DNA of 64,000 bases from Gammaproteobacteria bacterium (GCA_033852075.1 JAWSVC010000013.1:23879-87878), one strand, 5' to 3'; numbered from the stretch's first letter, positions 9,773 to 20,439 are shown. Numbers and translations: made by a program. The notes: generated by a model not told the origin, from the letters alone.

Positions 9773-10192
9773 TCAGCTAGATTTTTTACCTAATACACTC
9801 CATACCTTCGCTGGCTGCATAGGTTCCTCAGTCCAACTTAACCCACCACCTATGTGGGCACCATCAGATTCTATAAAGTTAAACTCCATTGCTAACAGCT
9901 TTGTACCATCTTGTGCTGTAACCATACTAGCAATTGGCGGTCCCATCATACTAACGTATGCTACACCACCTACAGACATACTTTCCGTTCCTGTTACACC
10001 AGGAATTTTAATAGTACCTGATATCTGAAATGTACTTACTTGAGTTGTCGATTCAGCTGCTGCAGACTCAATTTCTGAACCTTTACCTATTGCGATATCT
10101 TTGTCATTAACAAGAGAATATTCAAAACTTCCTTTTATGATATTTTCAGAATCATCACAAAGAATTAAATCATAAGATAGTGAACTTGCCAT
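9773..10192 (-). CDS. Hypothetical protein, no signal peptide
   Basis: 139 aa ORF lying between the terminator and an AT-rich upstream region. I recognised no family. Confidence 0.5.
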   Translation of the reverse strand: MASSLSYDLILCDDSENIIKGSFEYSLVNDKDIAIGKGSEIESAAAESTTQVSTFQISGTIKIPGVTGTESMSVGGVAYVSMMGPPIASMVTAQDGTKLLAMEFNFIESDGAHIGGGLSWTEEPMQPAKVWSVLGKKSS

Positions 10193-10379
10193 TTAACTTC
10201 CCTTTTATTGAATAATTAACATAAACAAATATTAGTATAGTTTTAGTCACTATCAATAATATTGTTCAAAACAACAAAGTAACAATAAATGGTTCTTTTA
10301 TCAGTTACGAAATTTGCATACTAATAAACATTCCTGTTATTGTTTTGGCTCTTGAAAAAATCTACAACGGAAAATCATT

Positions 10380-10757
10380 ATGGCTAAATTACCAGAATTA
10401 GTAAGTAAAGCATGGGATGAAAAAGAAGATGCTATTGTTTTTACAACAGTTGATAAACAAGGAATACCAAACTCAATTTGGGCTACCTGTGTAAGCAAAT
10501 ATGATGAAGAAACCATTGTAATTGCTGATAATTACTTTGATAAAACCCGCAGCAATATAAATGCGGGTAGTAAAGCATCGGTACTCTTTATAACTAAAGA
10601 AGGAAAATCATATCAGATTAAGGGATCTATTGAATATCTCACTAGCGGCCCAATATTTGACGATATGAAAACCTGGAATCCAGAAAAGCACCCTGGACAT
10701 GCCGCTGCAGCGGTAAAAATTGAAAGTGTTTTTTCAGGCTCAGAAAAACTTGCTTAA
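10380..10757 (+). CDS. Pyridoxamine 5'-phosphate oxidase-like FMN-binding split-barrel protein
   Basis: 125 aa. The pattern is typical of small PNPOx-like proteins: AIVFTTVDKQGIPNS ... VIADNYF.KT..N ... ASVLFITKEGKSYQIKG. Confidence 0.7.
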   Translation: MAKLPELVSKAWDEKEDAIVFTTVDKQGIPNSIWATCVSKYDEETIVIADNYFDKTRSNINAGSKASVLFITKEGKSYQIKGSIEYLTSGPIFDDMKTWNPEKHPGHAAAAVKIESVFSGSEKLA

Positions 10758-10768
10758 AAGTTTCCAGT

Positions 10769-10798
10769 GCGTTCCCAAGATCCAGCTTGGGAACGCAT
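10769..10798. terminator. Bidirectional hairpin between convergent genes
   Basis: TGCGTTCCCAAG-atccag-CTTGGGAACGCA, a perfect 12-bp stem. Confidence 0.6.
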
Positions 10799-10810
10799 AA
10801 ATAAAGCCGC

Positions 10811-11851
10811 TCAAATAACCTTAATCAACTTTTCTTTATCAGTCATTTCAGTAAGTGTGCCTATCTCGTAGAACGGATGGTCGATACTTTTCATGAAATC
10901 AGTTACTTCATCTATTCCATCTGGGGATACCGAAACAAGTAATCCACCGCTTGTTTGTGGATCACACAGTACTGCCTTTTGTTGTTCTGTAATTTCATGA
11001 ACTTTGTGGCCATAACTTTTGAAGTTTCTGAATAAACCACCTGGAAAGATCTTTTCATCGATGTATTTTTGCAGATTTTCTATTGTTGGTACTTTTGAGA
11101 ATTCGATTTCTGCATTAACTTGGCTGCCTTCGCAAATCTCAAGCAAATGCCCCAATAAACCAAACCCAGTTACATCTGTCATAGAATTTACACTGCTAAA
11201 ATCAGCTAACTGATTACCAACCTTATTTAAGGTTGTCATTAAATCCACAATCCGTTGAATATCTTCTGCTGGAGCTATTCCCCTCTTCTCTGCAGTAGCG
11301 ATAATACCAATACCAATAGGTTTGGTTAAAAACAATTTCGAACCAGCTAAGGCGGTATTATTAGGTTTAACCCTATCTGTTGGAACTATACCGGTAACAG
11401 CCAAACCAAAAACCGGATCACCAATCTCAATACTATGACCTCCGGCAAGTGGAATACCTGCTTCGGCGCAAACACTTCTGGCGCCTTCAATAACCTTATG
11501 AGCTACATCAGTTGATAGCTTTTCAATTGGCCAACCTAGAATAGCTATTGCCATAGTTGGCTTACCACCCATGGCATATACATCGCTTATGGCATTTACA
11601 GATGCTATACGACCAAAATCAAACGGATCATCAACAATTGGTGTGAAAAAGTCTGTTGTACTGACAATTCCTTGCCCATTTCCAATGTCGTAAACCGCAG
11701 CATCATCTTTGGTTGAATTTCCAACCAAAAGATTAGGAAAATTAACATGAGCCATATCGGTTTTTAATATAGTTGAAAGGTTTTGAGGTGAGATTTTACA
11801 GCCACAACCAGCACCAGGGCTGAACTGAGTTAACTTCACTGTTTCAGTCAT
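10811..11851 (-). CDS. selD: Selenide, water dikinase (selenophosphate synthetase), Cys-type
   Basis: 346 aa. The N-terminus LTQFSPGAGCGCKISP carries the SelD glycine-rich active site, with Cys rather than Sec. The rest has the PurM-like fold pattern. Confidence 0.9.
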   Translation of the reverse strand: MTETVKLTQFSPGAGCGCKISPQNLSTILKTDMAHVNFPNLLVGNSTKDDAAVYDIGNGQGIVSTTDFFTPIVDDPFDFGRIASVNAISDVYAMGGKPTMAIAILGWPIEKLSTDVAHKVIEGARSVCAEAGIPLAGGHSIEIGDPVFGLAVTGIVPTDRVKPNNTALAGSKLFLTKPIGIGIIATAEKRGIAPAEDIQRIVDLMTTLNKVGNQLADFSSVNSMTDVTGFGLLGHLLEICEGSQVNAEIEFSKVPTIENLQKYIDEKIFPGGLFRNFKSYGHKVHEITEQQKAVLCDPQTSGGLLVSVSPDGIDEVTDFMKSIDHPFYEIGTLTEMTDKEKLIKVI

Positions 11852-11920
11852 AATAATGTCTCTTATATCTAAGTTAATTTGTTTTCCTAATCACCACTTT
11901 GCAAGTGAAAACAAGAAAAA

Positions 11921-12952
11921 CTATAGTGTAATTTCATTCCTAAAATTGATTAAATTGCGAGCGTTACTCTGCGGATCATCTTCATCTAAATCAAGTTCAT
12001 AGATAGTTGATGAATCTCTTTTAGCTAGTCCAAAATTATATGCCTTGTCATAGTATTTTAGTACATAGGTTATAGCATCAATATAGTTATTTTGCTCAAC
12101 TGCTTCGACTGCTAATTTTGCATCTTGAGGATCAAGACGCTTTTTTATGCGATTAATAATTTCAATTAATAATGCTTTATCAACGTTTGTATATTCTTTT
12201 ACCAAGCGTTGAACTCTTATATCCCTACTAATATTAATTTTAATAACACTGGCTTCACGCATACAGTCAAATAATTCATGAGGTATATGATTTCGGCCTA
12301 TAATCTTGCTTTCATCTTCAATCCATATGGTTTTATTTAGATCTAAATCCTTCCACTCATGATATAGATTATTTTCAAACTGCTCGTTAGAAAGCTGATG
12401 CTCTTGACCTATCGATCCGAATGCCGATCCTTTATGATGAGCAAGCCCTTCAAGATCAATAACCTGTTCACCTGCAATTTTTAGCTTTTTAAGAATATCG
12501 GTCTTTCCACTTCCGGTAAATCCACTAAGAATCATAATCTTAGATGCCTTGGATAGCATTGATTTTGAATGATTACGGTATGCTTTATATCCTTTATTAA
12601 GTAATTTAGGCTTTAAACCAACCGTCTGAAATAACCAAGCCATACTGGCACTACGCATTCCTCCGCGCCAACAATATAGCAATATCTCATTATTTATCGC
12701 TGCCTCTTGAGCAGTAACAGCGAAATCTTTTAGTTTAGGACCAATAATCTCTAGCCCGAGCATAATTGCATGATTCTTTCCTTGCTGTTTATAAACCGTG
12801 CCAACTTTAGCTCTTTCTTCATTGGAAAATATAGGAATATTTATGGCACCCGGAATGTGCCCTTTTTCAAATTCAGCAGGAGATCTAACGTCTACGATAG
12901 GTAGCGTTTGTGAAAGTTGCAGGTATTGATCTATATCTAGTTTGGCAATCAT
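11921..12952 (-). CDS. selU: tRNA 2-selenouridine synthase
   Basis: 343 aa. It has an N-terminal rhodanese domain with CWRGGMRS and a P-loop GFTGSGKT. It is adjacent to selD. Confidence 0.9.
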   Translation of the reverse strand: MIAKLDIDQYLQLSQTLPIVDVRSPAEFEKGHIPGAINIPIFSNEERAKVGTVYKQQGKNHAIMLGLEIIGPKLKDFAVTAQEAAINNEILLYCWRGGMRSASMAWLFQTVGLKPKLLNKGYKAYRNHSKSMLSKASKIMILSGFTGSGKTDILKKLKIAGEQVIDLEGLAHHKGSAFGSIGQEHQLSNEQFENNLYHEWKDLDLNKTIWIEDESKIIGRNHIPHELFDCMREASVIKINISRDIRVQRLVKEYTNVDKALLIEIINRIKKRLDPQDAKLAVEAVEQNNYIDAITYVLKYYDKAYNFGLAKRDSSTIYELDLDEDDPQSNARNLINFRNEITL

Positions 12953-13013
12953 CTGAAGATTCTATGGTAAATAACTAATTACTACCAGAACTAGATTATA
13001 TTATTAGATTTCC

Positions 13014-13949
13014 TTAGCAAGGTATAAGTTTATCTTTTGTTAAACTTTTACTGTTTGCATAGGTAAATGCCAACGCATTACTATGCTGCGCAATAAATTC
13101 CTTAACCATACTGACTAACTCTTCACCTTTTTCATGTAATAAGGCGTGTCCTGCCCCATGTAAAACCTCAAGTCTCGAATCAGGAATACCATCAGCTATT
13201 ATCTGACTAAACTTCACAGGTTTAATCATATCTTCATCTGCGGCAATAACTAATGCAGGACACTTTATTTCATGTAATCTATCAGTTATTTTCTCATCGT
13301 TTCTTAACCTAAAAAACATATCACATAGATAGATATGCCCTTGAAAGAATTTTTTATTGCATATGGAAAGAAATCCTTCGATTTTTTCCTTTATATTTTC
13401 TTCATTCTCTTCTAAATATGCATTTGAATATAACTCCGGTAATAAGCTTTGGAAATAATCATATCCTGCATTTCTTCGAACTTTTTCATCATTATCTGAT
13501 TCTGTTATCATTTCTACAGCTTTTTTTGCGCTTTCTTTCCAACGGGTAACTTGCGCAATCTGCAGTAAATTCGCTTCTGAAACAGAAGCAATTATGGATA
13601 ATGACTTTACTTTCTGAGGGAAATTTATTGCAAACCACTGCGCCACTTCTCCCCCTAAACTTGTCGCTACGATATGCGCACTATCGATATCTAATGTTTC
13701 CATTAAGGCATTTAAATCTTCAACCATAGTTAAAAATGAGTATGGGGTATCATGCGTAACTTCAGAAAACCATTGTCCTCTTAAATCATAACCTAGAAGT
13801 TTATAATCCTGCTCTAAATCTACTTTCATTTCATCCCAAGACTCAAGAAAGCTGGCAATACCATTAATAAACACAATAGTTTCATTTGATTCAAGATTTC
13901 CTGAAAGCTGATATCTACATTTAAAACCATTCACATTTACGACGTTCAT
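13014..13949 (-). CDS. Alpha/beta-fold hydrolase
   Basis: 311 aa. It has a nucleophile elbow HIVATSLGG and a C-terminal GAGHALLHEK (His). Confidence 0.75.
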   Translation of the reverse strand: MNVVNVNGFKCRYQLSGNLESNETIVFINGIASFLESWDEMKVDLEQDYKLLGYDLRGQWFSEVTHDTPYSFLTMVEDLNALMETLDIDSAHIVATSLGGEVAQWFAINFPQKVKSLSIIASVSEANLLQIAQVTRWKESAKKAVEMITESDNDEKVRRNAGYDYFQSLLPELYSNAYLEENEENIKEKIEGFLSICNKKFFQGHIYLCDMFFRLRNDEKITDRLHEIKCPALVIAADEDMIKPVKFSQIIADGIPDSRLEVLHGAGHALLHEKGEELVSMVKEFIAQHSNALAFTYANSKSLTKDKLIPC

Positions 13950-14087
13950 TTCTTTCCCCAGATTCTTTTCTGTATAGTTTTATTAAACCAAACATTTTTT
14001 GCAAACCATATGGTATTTTATTTAATAATCCAGACTATAATGTTACGTATCAGGTAACATATTCCATATTTATAGCTGGAGAAGAAA

Positions 14088-15068
14088 ATGACATATATTT
14101 CCAAACACATTTCCAAGCTAAGAAAAGATAGTAAGATATCTGTAATTGCACTAGCCCAAATGCTAAACATAAGTAGACATTCTGTGTATAAATGGGAAAC
14201 AGGAGTATCTACACCATCAATTCAACATTTAAAAAAATTATCTGAAATTTTTAATACTGATCTTGAAACAATCTTAAGTGGCGACCATCCCCACACAAAA
14301 AAACCACAAAAAACTGAACTCGACAATTTTATAAAAAAATTGGAAAACGCTCAGTCTTTTTCATCCCTTACGAAAATAATAATTAATTTTATGAAGAGTC
14401 TTAATCTGGATAGATTTATTTATAACCAGATATTTCGTGGAGACACATCTAACAAACCGCTGGTAACTATCCTAACTGATATAGGTATAGACTGGCAGAT
14501 TAAATACGCAGAAAGATACAGCAGAATTGACCCAACATGGGATTATGCTGCAACCCACACTGCCCCCATTCTATGCGATGACCTAATCAAACAAGTATCA
14601 GGATCAAATGACAGAATTACTGAATTCTTTGCGGATATGCGCAAAAATATCGCTCCTTACTTTGTTGTAATTCCAATCCATGGTCCATGTTGTTTAGCTG
14701 CATTTGTTATCTCTGCTAAAGATAATAGTAAGGCATCACAAGATAACCTTCATAATTCGATATCAACGTTAACTGTTTTTGGACATCACATTTATGAAGC
14801 AACACATCGCGTAGCAGAGAAAAAAGAAATCAGCCACAACTCTTCATTAACTCAAAAGGAATTAAGCATAATAAATCACCTTGCTAATGGGTTAACAATT
14901 AAAGAGATTGCAGAAAAAAATTTTATAACTATTGCTGCAGTTAACGCCAGAATCAGTAGCGCTAAAATCAAAATGGGGGCAAATAACCGCGAACAACTTG
15001 TTCTTATGGCCGCATCTGCCAATCTACTGCCGCATAGTTTTGGAAGAATGATAAGGATGAAAGCATAA
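14088..15068 (+). CDS. Three-domain regulator: XRE-type HTH, then a LuxR autoinducer-binding-like domain, then a LuxR/GerE HTH
   Basis: The N-terminus is LRKDSKISVIALAQMLNISRHSVYKWETGVSTPS (XRE HTH). The middle is YAERYSRIDPTWDYA ... (autoinducer-binding-like). The C-terminus is LTQKELSIINHLANGLTIKEIAEKNFITIAAVNARISSAKIKMG (GerE HTH). Confidence 0.75.
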   Translation: MTYISKHISKLRKDSKISVIALAQMLNISRHSVYKWETGVSTPSIQHLKKLSEIFNTDLETILSGDHPHTKKPQKTELDNFIKKLENAQSFSSLTKIIINFMKSLNLDRFIYNQIFRGDTSNKPLVTILTDIGIDWQIKYAERYSRIDPTWDYAATHTAPILCDDLIKQVSGSNDRITEFFADMRKNIAPYFVVIPIHGPCCLAAFVISAKDNSKASQDNLHNSISTLTVFGHHIYEATHRVAEKKEISHNSSLTQKELSIINHLANGLTIKEIAEKNFITIAAVNARISSAKIKMGANNREQLVLMAASANLLPHSFGRMIRMKA

Positions 15069-15133
15069 AAAAAGGGACTGTAATAATTGATTAACAATCA
15101 TATAATCACTAGTCCCATAACTTCATATCTTAA

Positions 15134-18043
15134 TCACTTTGGTATTACATATATATGAATATCATTTGGTTCAAAGCTATCTGTAAATACATTACCAGCC
15201 ATATTTACCGATCGGGATTCATTCCAAACCTCAATGTTTGCTGCACCTATTGCGCCTGATAGAGTAAAGCTAACATTCTTGGCAGTACCAATTGAGTCTC
15301 CATTGATATCTATCTCTGTCGGTCTGACTGCAAATACATAGACATTATCATTATCTTCCTTAACCAAAACGTCTATTCTAGACTCAGTCTTCCACCACTG
15401 TTTCCAGGTTAATATAAGATCATCATCTCCAGGCTCTGACTGTTCTGTACTTGAATGATCCTGCCGAGAAATATATATGTTCCCGCCATGAGAAACCAAG
15501 TCGCCTTCATTATAACCAGCACCTAAACCCCAAACATTTATACCTGAAGTATCAATGTTACTGATAACGCTATAATTTGCAGCACCAGCATTTAATACAG
15601 GAGCAAAATGCTCAATTCCTTCTAAGACATCAGCCATACTAATAAAGTTTTCATCAGGTGTTGGCGAATGATGATGAAACCAAGGCAATAACTTCATTTC
15701 ATGTACAACATGCACCCATGAAAGCATTTTTAATTGTGCTGGAGTTGGATAATATGGAGTATTATAAGGTTCTTCGTGTATATCCGTTGTTTCAACGAAA
15801 TTATAATGCGGAACCATGTCACGGCTAAATAACCGTGAATTATCCAGAGCATTTATGGTTCCTACTATTGTTGCATCAAAACTATGCGGTTCTGCCCAAT
15901 CGATAGGATAATAGTCATAACCAATGACATCGGTTACATAAATTCCATTTAGTGGCTGAGTAATTCGTCCAAATCTAATTGCGTTATATTGCGCCATATA
16001 TTGCTTGGCAACACCCATCCACCAATCTGAATTTCCAGTAATAAAAGATCGTCCACGTAATGTTGTTGTTACCGGATGTTGCGGGTCATTTATATGAGAT
16101 AATGCGGTCCACCCCCTGACAACCTCAACAGGAACTCCTTGTATATCAGGCTCATCCATCCATGACCACATCATTACACCAGGATTATATTTATTTGAAT
16201 TAACATAGTGAATTAATTGATTAATATCGGAATTATTCCTATGATCACGATCAAACCCCTCCCACATAGAAGGGCCAATTGCCAACATGTTATTTTCATA
16301 GTTATCATCTAAAAATTCTGAATATAAATCAGAGCTATAATCAATATTCCATCCATGCCCAAAACCTGTATTGATTACCGGGCGTTCCCAACGCTCTCCA
16401 TCTCCATTATCGACACCATTAGCCGACCAGTTTGTTAGCATTTGCAATGTATCATACGGACTGTGATCGTGAAGTCCCCAGCAGGTAACAGGAAAATATG
16501 AAGTTTCATTAACTTCAATACCATTATATTCATTGATACCAACAGCAGGAGCACCACTATAGTCCTTTTTAAATGATGTACTACGTTGAGCTAATATTTC
16601 ATCTGAAGCATCTAATATATTAACTGTTAACACATAATCATCGTCTGAAGCAGGAAGGACGGCATAATTCAATCTAATCGTTTCAGTAGATGTTAGAGTA
16701 TGGTTATTTGAACGTCCAACCATAGTAATAGCATCATTTAGGTTATCTAACGACAACGACCAGCTTTGTTCACCAGACTCCAAAGTTGCAGATATCTGAT
16801 TAGTTGCATTAGCGGTATAACGACTAGGAATTTTCACATATACCGGCTGTGTTGTATGAGCATGAAGGTCGCTATGCCATAATTCAAATCCAATATTTAT
16901 TTCTTCTTGGGTTAAAGCCTGATCATAAAGTTTGAACTCATCCATATAACCGTTGAAATGAACATTATGTGAATCGGTTACATAATTAGTTGAGGCTGAA
17001 TCCATAACACCAATATATAAAGGGCCAGAATCCAGATCCAGATTTCCAGAACCTGTTTTACTGATTATATGCTGCCCATCAACATAAGTTTTAAACGTAG
17101 TTCCATCCCAGGTCATGGCAACATGCTGCCAATAATGACTAACTGCGGAATAGCTGCTTGCTACGGTTCCTGCCCAAAGATTACTTCCGTCAGAAGTATT
17201 CATACCAAAACCAACAGCATCATTCTCAATTCTGGTATAAAAGATTGGATAAGCAAAACCATCTCTCATTTGCGATATCAGATAACTACGTTGTATCTCG
17301 GTCAAACCTACCAATGCATCACTACTTTTCTTTTTTAACCAAAAGGATACAGTGAATTGGCTAAGGCCATCTGCTATCGATGCAATCGACTCCAAAACCA
17401 TATAGTTACCAGCAGATAAATCAATTGCACTGCCATAAATCCCCGACACAAAATCTGCTGCTTCCGGAGTCTTCGCTCCCTGCTCATCCATCAACTCAAC
17501 AGAAATATCCGCAGAACCAGTATTGGTTACATCTTGTTGATCAAAATCCAACTCAACTAAAGGCTGCAATGAAACTTGCGGAGCAACTTCCTCCGCTTCA
17601 CCTGATACTGTAATCGGACATGTATAAACCTGAGTATCATTAATAGTTAATCTAACATCATATTCGCCGGGTAATGCATAGAAGTGCGTAGTTACTACTG
17701 ATCCATAGATGTCATTACCATCAGCACGTAATGAATAGGTTCCATCGCCATAATTCCAAATAAAAGTTGCATCTGCATATCCATCAAATGCCATAGCATC
17801 CATAACTACTTCTTGATTTACAGAAACCTGTGTTCCTGGAAGGAATCTGATTACTGAGTCTGAATCAATATCAGTACAATTGATTACAACCTGTTCATCA
17901 CCTCCACCATCCTGTGGTTGATTATCATCAGGTGCAGTTCCTCCATCAGAACTTGATCCACCACCACAACCTGACAGATTAATTATTGAACAAATAAGAA
18001 CAAACGAAAGCAACGCAGCTTTTAGACCATTCAGGGATTTCAT
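15134..18043 (-). CDS. Large secreted lipoprotein: PKD-like, LamG/ConA-like lectin, TIM-barrel glycosidase-like and CBM5/12-like modules
   Basis: It has a lipobox LSGCGGG and a PKD-like FIWNYGDGTY ... YDVRLTIND. The LamG-like part is VSFWLKKK ... WQHVAMTWDGTTFKTYVDGQ ... FNGYMDEFKLYDQALTQEEI. It also has MMWSWMDEPD and a CBM5/12-like YNEGDLVSHGGNIYISRQDH. Confidence 0.7.
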   Translation of the reverse strand: MKSLNGLKAALLSFVLICSIINLSGCGGGSSSDGGTAPDDNQPQDGGGDEQVVINCTDIDSDSVIRFLPGTQVSVNQEVVMDAMAFDGYADATFIWNYGDGTYSLRADGNDIYGSVVTTHFYALPGEYDVRLTINDTQVYTCPITVSGEAEEVAPQVSLQPLVELDFDQQDVTNTGSADISVELMDEQGAKTPEAADFVSGIYGSAIDLSAGNYMVLESIASIADGLSQFTVSFWLKKKSSDALVGLTEIQRSYLISQMRDGFAYPIFYTRIENDAVGFGMNTSDGSNLWAGTVASSYSAVSHYWQHVAMTWDGTTFKTYVDGQHIISKTGSGNLDLDSGPLYIGVMDSASTNYVTDSHNVHFNGYMDEFKLYDQALTQEEINIGFELWHSDLHAHTTQPVYVKIPSRYTANATNQISATLESGEQSWSLSLDNLNDAITMVGRSNNHTLTSTETIRLNYAVLPASDDDYVLTVNILDASDEILAQRSTSFKKDYSGAPAVGINEYNGIEVNETSYFPVTCWGLHDHSPYDTLQMLTNWSANGVDNGDGERWERPVINTGFGHGWNIDYSSDLYSEFLDDNYENNMLAIGPSMWEGFDRDHRNNSDINQLIHYVNSNKYNPGVMMWSWMDEPDIQGVPVEVVRGWTALSHINDPQHPVTTTLRGRSFITGNSDWWMGVAKQYMAQYNAIRFGRITQPLNGIYVTDVIGYDYYPIDWAEPHSFDATIVGTINALDNSRLFSRDMVPHYNFVETTDIHEEPYNTPYYPTPAQLKMLSWVHVVHEMKLLPWFHHHSPTPDENFISMADVLEGIEHFAPVLNAGAANYSVISNIDTSGINVWGLGAGYNEGDLVSHGGNIYISRQDHSSTEQSEPGDDDLILTWKQWWKTESRIDVLVKEDNDNVYVFAVRPTEIDINGDSIGTAKNVSFTLSGAIGAANIEVWNESRSVNMAGNVFTDSFEPNDIHIYVIPK

Positions 18044-18337
18044 TACAATTCCTTTTATAATTTTATTTAATCATTGTTATCTAACGAACCTAACATGATT
18101 TTCGATTTAAGGAAACTATACTTAAAAGATAAACAACAAAATAATTAATAGCTTAAATACTTGAAATATGTATAATAGCGAGATCTTTTAATTCGTTCAG
18201 AATTCCTCATACTTAACCGACAGGACGTTTAGAGCAAAGTAAGAAATGCTAGGTGCTCATATGTGTAATTCGAACCAGTCGGTGCAGCTTTAGATTTCTA
18301 AAAATACCCGCTTTTACCACACTGAGGTTTTACTTTA

Positions 18338-20062
18338 ATGTCCGTTGTAGATAGTTCACTTACGTTCCAGTCAATGGAACTTCTTCCTGAAATAAAAAAA
18401 TCATTAAATGAGGTTGGTTATGAGCAACCAACTCCAATTCAGGCACAATGCATACCTCACTTGTTAGAAGGTAAAGATATCATCGGCATGGCTCAAACTG
18501 GCACCGGAAAAACCGCAGCATTTGCTCTACCATTGCTTTCTTTAATAGATGTTTCAAGGCAAACTCCCCAACTGATAGTTCTTACACCTACTCGTGAACT
18601 AGCTATTCAGGTTTCAGAAGCACTGCAGAAATATGCAAAACACATGAAAGGTTTTCATGTATTACCGATTTATGGTGGGCAATCATATGATATCCAGCTT
18701 AAACAACTAAAACGCGGTGCTCATGTAGTTGTTGGAACCCCTGGCAGGGTTATGGATCACATCAAAAGAAAGACCCTGCAATTATCGGACATTACTCAAT
18801 TTGTCCTAGATGAAGCAGACGAGATGTTACGTATGGGATTTATTGAAGACATTGAATGGATAATGAGCCATATCCCTACCGAAAGGCAAACTGCCCTATT
18901 CTCAGCAACCATGCCCAAAGAGATTCGTAAAGTTGCAAAAAACTACATGAACTCCCCTGTTGAGATCAACATTGCCTCCAAAACCGCAACTGCTGACACT
19001 ATCAATCAAAGATATTGGTTAACTAATCAGTCCAACAAGCTAGAGGTACTTACCAGGCTTCTGGAATTTGAACAAACCGATGGTGTTATCATCTTTGTGC
19101 GCACCAAAACCGCAACCGTTGAATTGGCAGAAAAACTTGAAGCCAGAGGCCATGCCAGCGAGGCACTTAACGGCGATATCCCACAAAAAATGCGCGAGCG
19201 AGTTATTGAACGTCTGAAAAAAGGCCAACTTGATATCGTAATTGCCACCGATGTTGCTGCAAGAGGGCTTGATGTAGAACGCATAAGCCATGTAATCAAT
19301 TATGATATCCCTTATGATACCGAATCATATATCCATAGAATCGGCAGAACAGGCAGAGCTGGAAAATCAGGTGAAGCAATATTATTTGTTACTCCAAGAG
19401 AACAAAGAATATTACGTCAAATTGAACGCGCTACCAAAAAGCCAATTCAAAAACTGGAAATGCCATCGATTGAAGATATTAACCTTCAGCGTGTCGCCAG
19501 ATTCAAAGACGCAATGGCTTCGCATATTCGCCTGGATGAAAGTGACCCATACAGGAAAGTTATTCTGGATTTTAGCAACGAAACAGGTCTAGATACAATT
19601 GACATAGCCGCTGCTCTTGCGCGACTAATCCATAAAACCGACGATCTATTCCTTGCTGATACTCCAATTAAAAGCGTAAAACCAAAAAAAGAAAAACAGA
19701 AAAAAAACTCAAAAAAAACCAAAGACAGATCTGAAAAAGAGCCAAAAGGTAAAAAAAGATCTGCTAAAAGCTACATGGACGAAGCCGATCCTGGACAGCC
19801 TATTCCACTAAAAGACTTTCCGGAAATTGAAATGCAACGTTTTGTTCTGGAGGTTGGTTATAGAGACAAAGCAAAGCCAGGAAATATTGTGGGCGCCATT
19901 GCCAATGAAGCAGAGATTGAAAGCTGCTACATCGGCCATATAGAAATATATGAAGATTTCACTACCGTCGACTTACCAGCCGGTATGCCCAAAGAAACAT
20001 TTCAAATTTTGAAAAAGGCCAGAGTTTGCGGAAAGAAGCTTGGGATTAAAAAGGGTAAGTAA
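18338..20062 (+). CDS. deaD: DEAD-box ATP-dependent RNA helicase DeaD/CsdA
   Basis: 574 aa. It has the Q motif TPIQ, AQTGTGKT, DEAD, SAT and HRIGRTGRAG. It also has a basic linker, a C-terminal DbpA-like RNA-binding domain, and a long 5' leader. Confidence 0.9.
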   Translation: MSVVDSSLTFQSMELLPEIKKSLNEVGYEQPTPIQAQCIPHLLEGKDIIGMAQTGTGKTAAFALPLLSLIDVSRQTPQLIVLTPTRELAIQVSEALQKYAKHMKGFHVLPIYGGQSYDIQLKQLKRGAHVVVGTPGRVMDHIKRKTLQLSDITQFVLDEADEMLRMGFIEDIEWIMSHIPTERQTALFSATMPKEIRKVAKNYMNSPVEINIASKTATADTINQRYWLTNQSNKLEVLTRLLEFEQTDGVIIFVRTKTATVELAEKLEARGHASEALNGDIPQKMRERVIERLKKGQLDIVIATDVAARGLDVERISHVINYDIPYDTESYIHRIGRTGRAGKSGEAILFVTPREQRILRQIERATKKPIQKLEMPSIEDINLQRVARFKDAMASHIRLDESDPYRKVILDFSNETGLDTIDIAAALARLIHKTDDLFLADTPIKSVKPKKEKQKKNSKKTKDRSEKEPKGKKRSAKSYMDEADPGQPIPLKDFPEIEMQRFVLEVGYRDKAKPGNIVGAIANEAEIESCYIGHIEIYEDFTTVDLPAGMPKETFQILKKARVCGKKLGIKKGK

Positions 20063-20439
20063 ACTATTATTTCCGCCTTTTCAGGAATATAAACCAATTC
20101 ACCACAGAATTGTTTAATAAGCGCATCGCACCTTTTAAGGTGAAATTTGGTGCGTTTGACACATCGCCCCCAACCAAGCCTTAGAATAACATATTTTTAA
20201 TTGGAAAAGTTTATTGAAGCCATTACTTAACTTGAACAGATAATTCAGCTTAAATATAAATATTAGTAATACCGTTAAAAATCTTTAGCTATATAATTTT
20301 AAATAGCTTAATAGACAGCGACGTAGGAAACCAGCCCGAAAAATTAACAAGTTATCAATTACTTCACGCGCTTACGTTGCACGGAATAGCTTATGTTGCT
20401 TTGTCAACAAGCTCATTTTTAGTATTATAACTATACTAA

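Noticed and set aside
10811-11851. Checked whether selD encodes selenocysteine (in-frame TGA) at the active site.
   Set aside because: The ORF is uninterrupted and reads GAGCGCK, so this is the Cys-type enzyme.
20118-20156. Possible terminator hairpin after deaD (CGCACC ... GGTGCG TTTG, with an alternative inner pairing CACCTT/AAGGTG).
   Set aside because: The stem is short, the pairings are ambiguous and the U tract is weak. That is not enough to call a feature.
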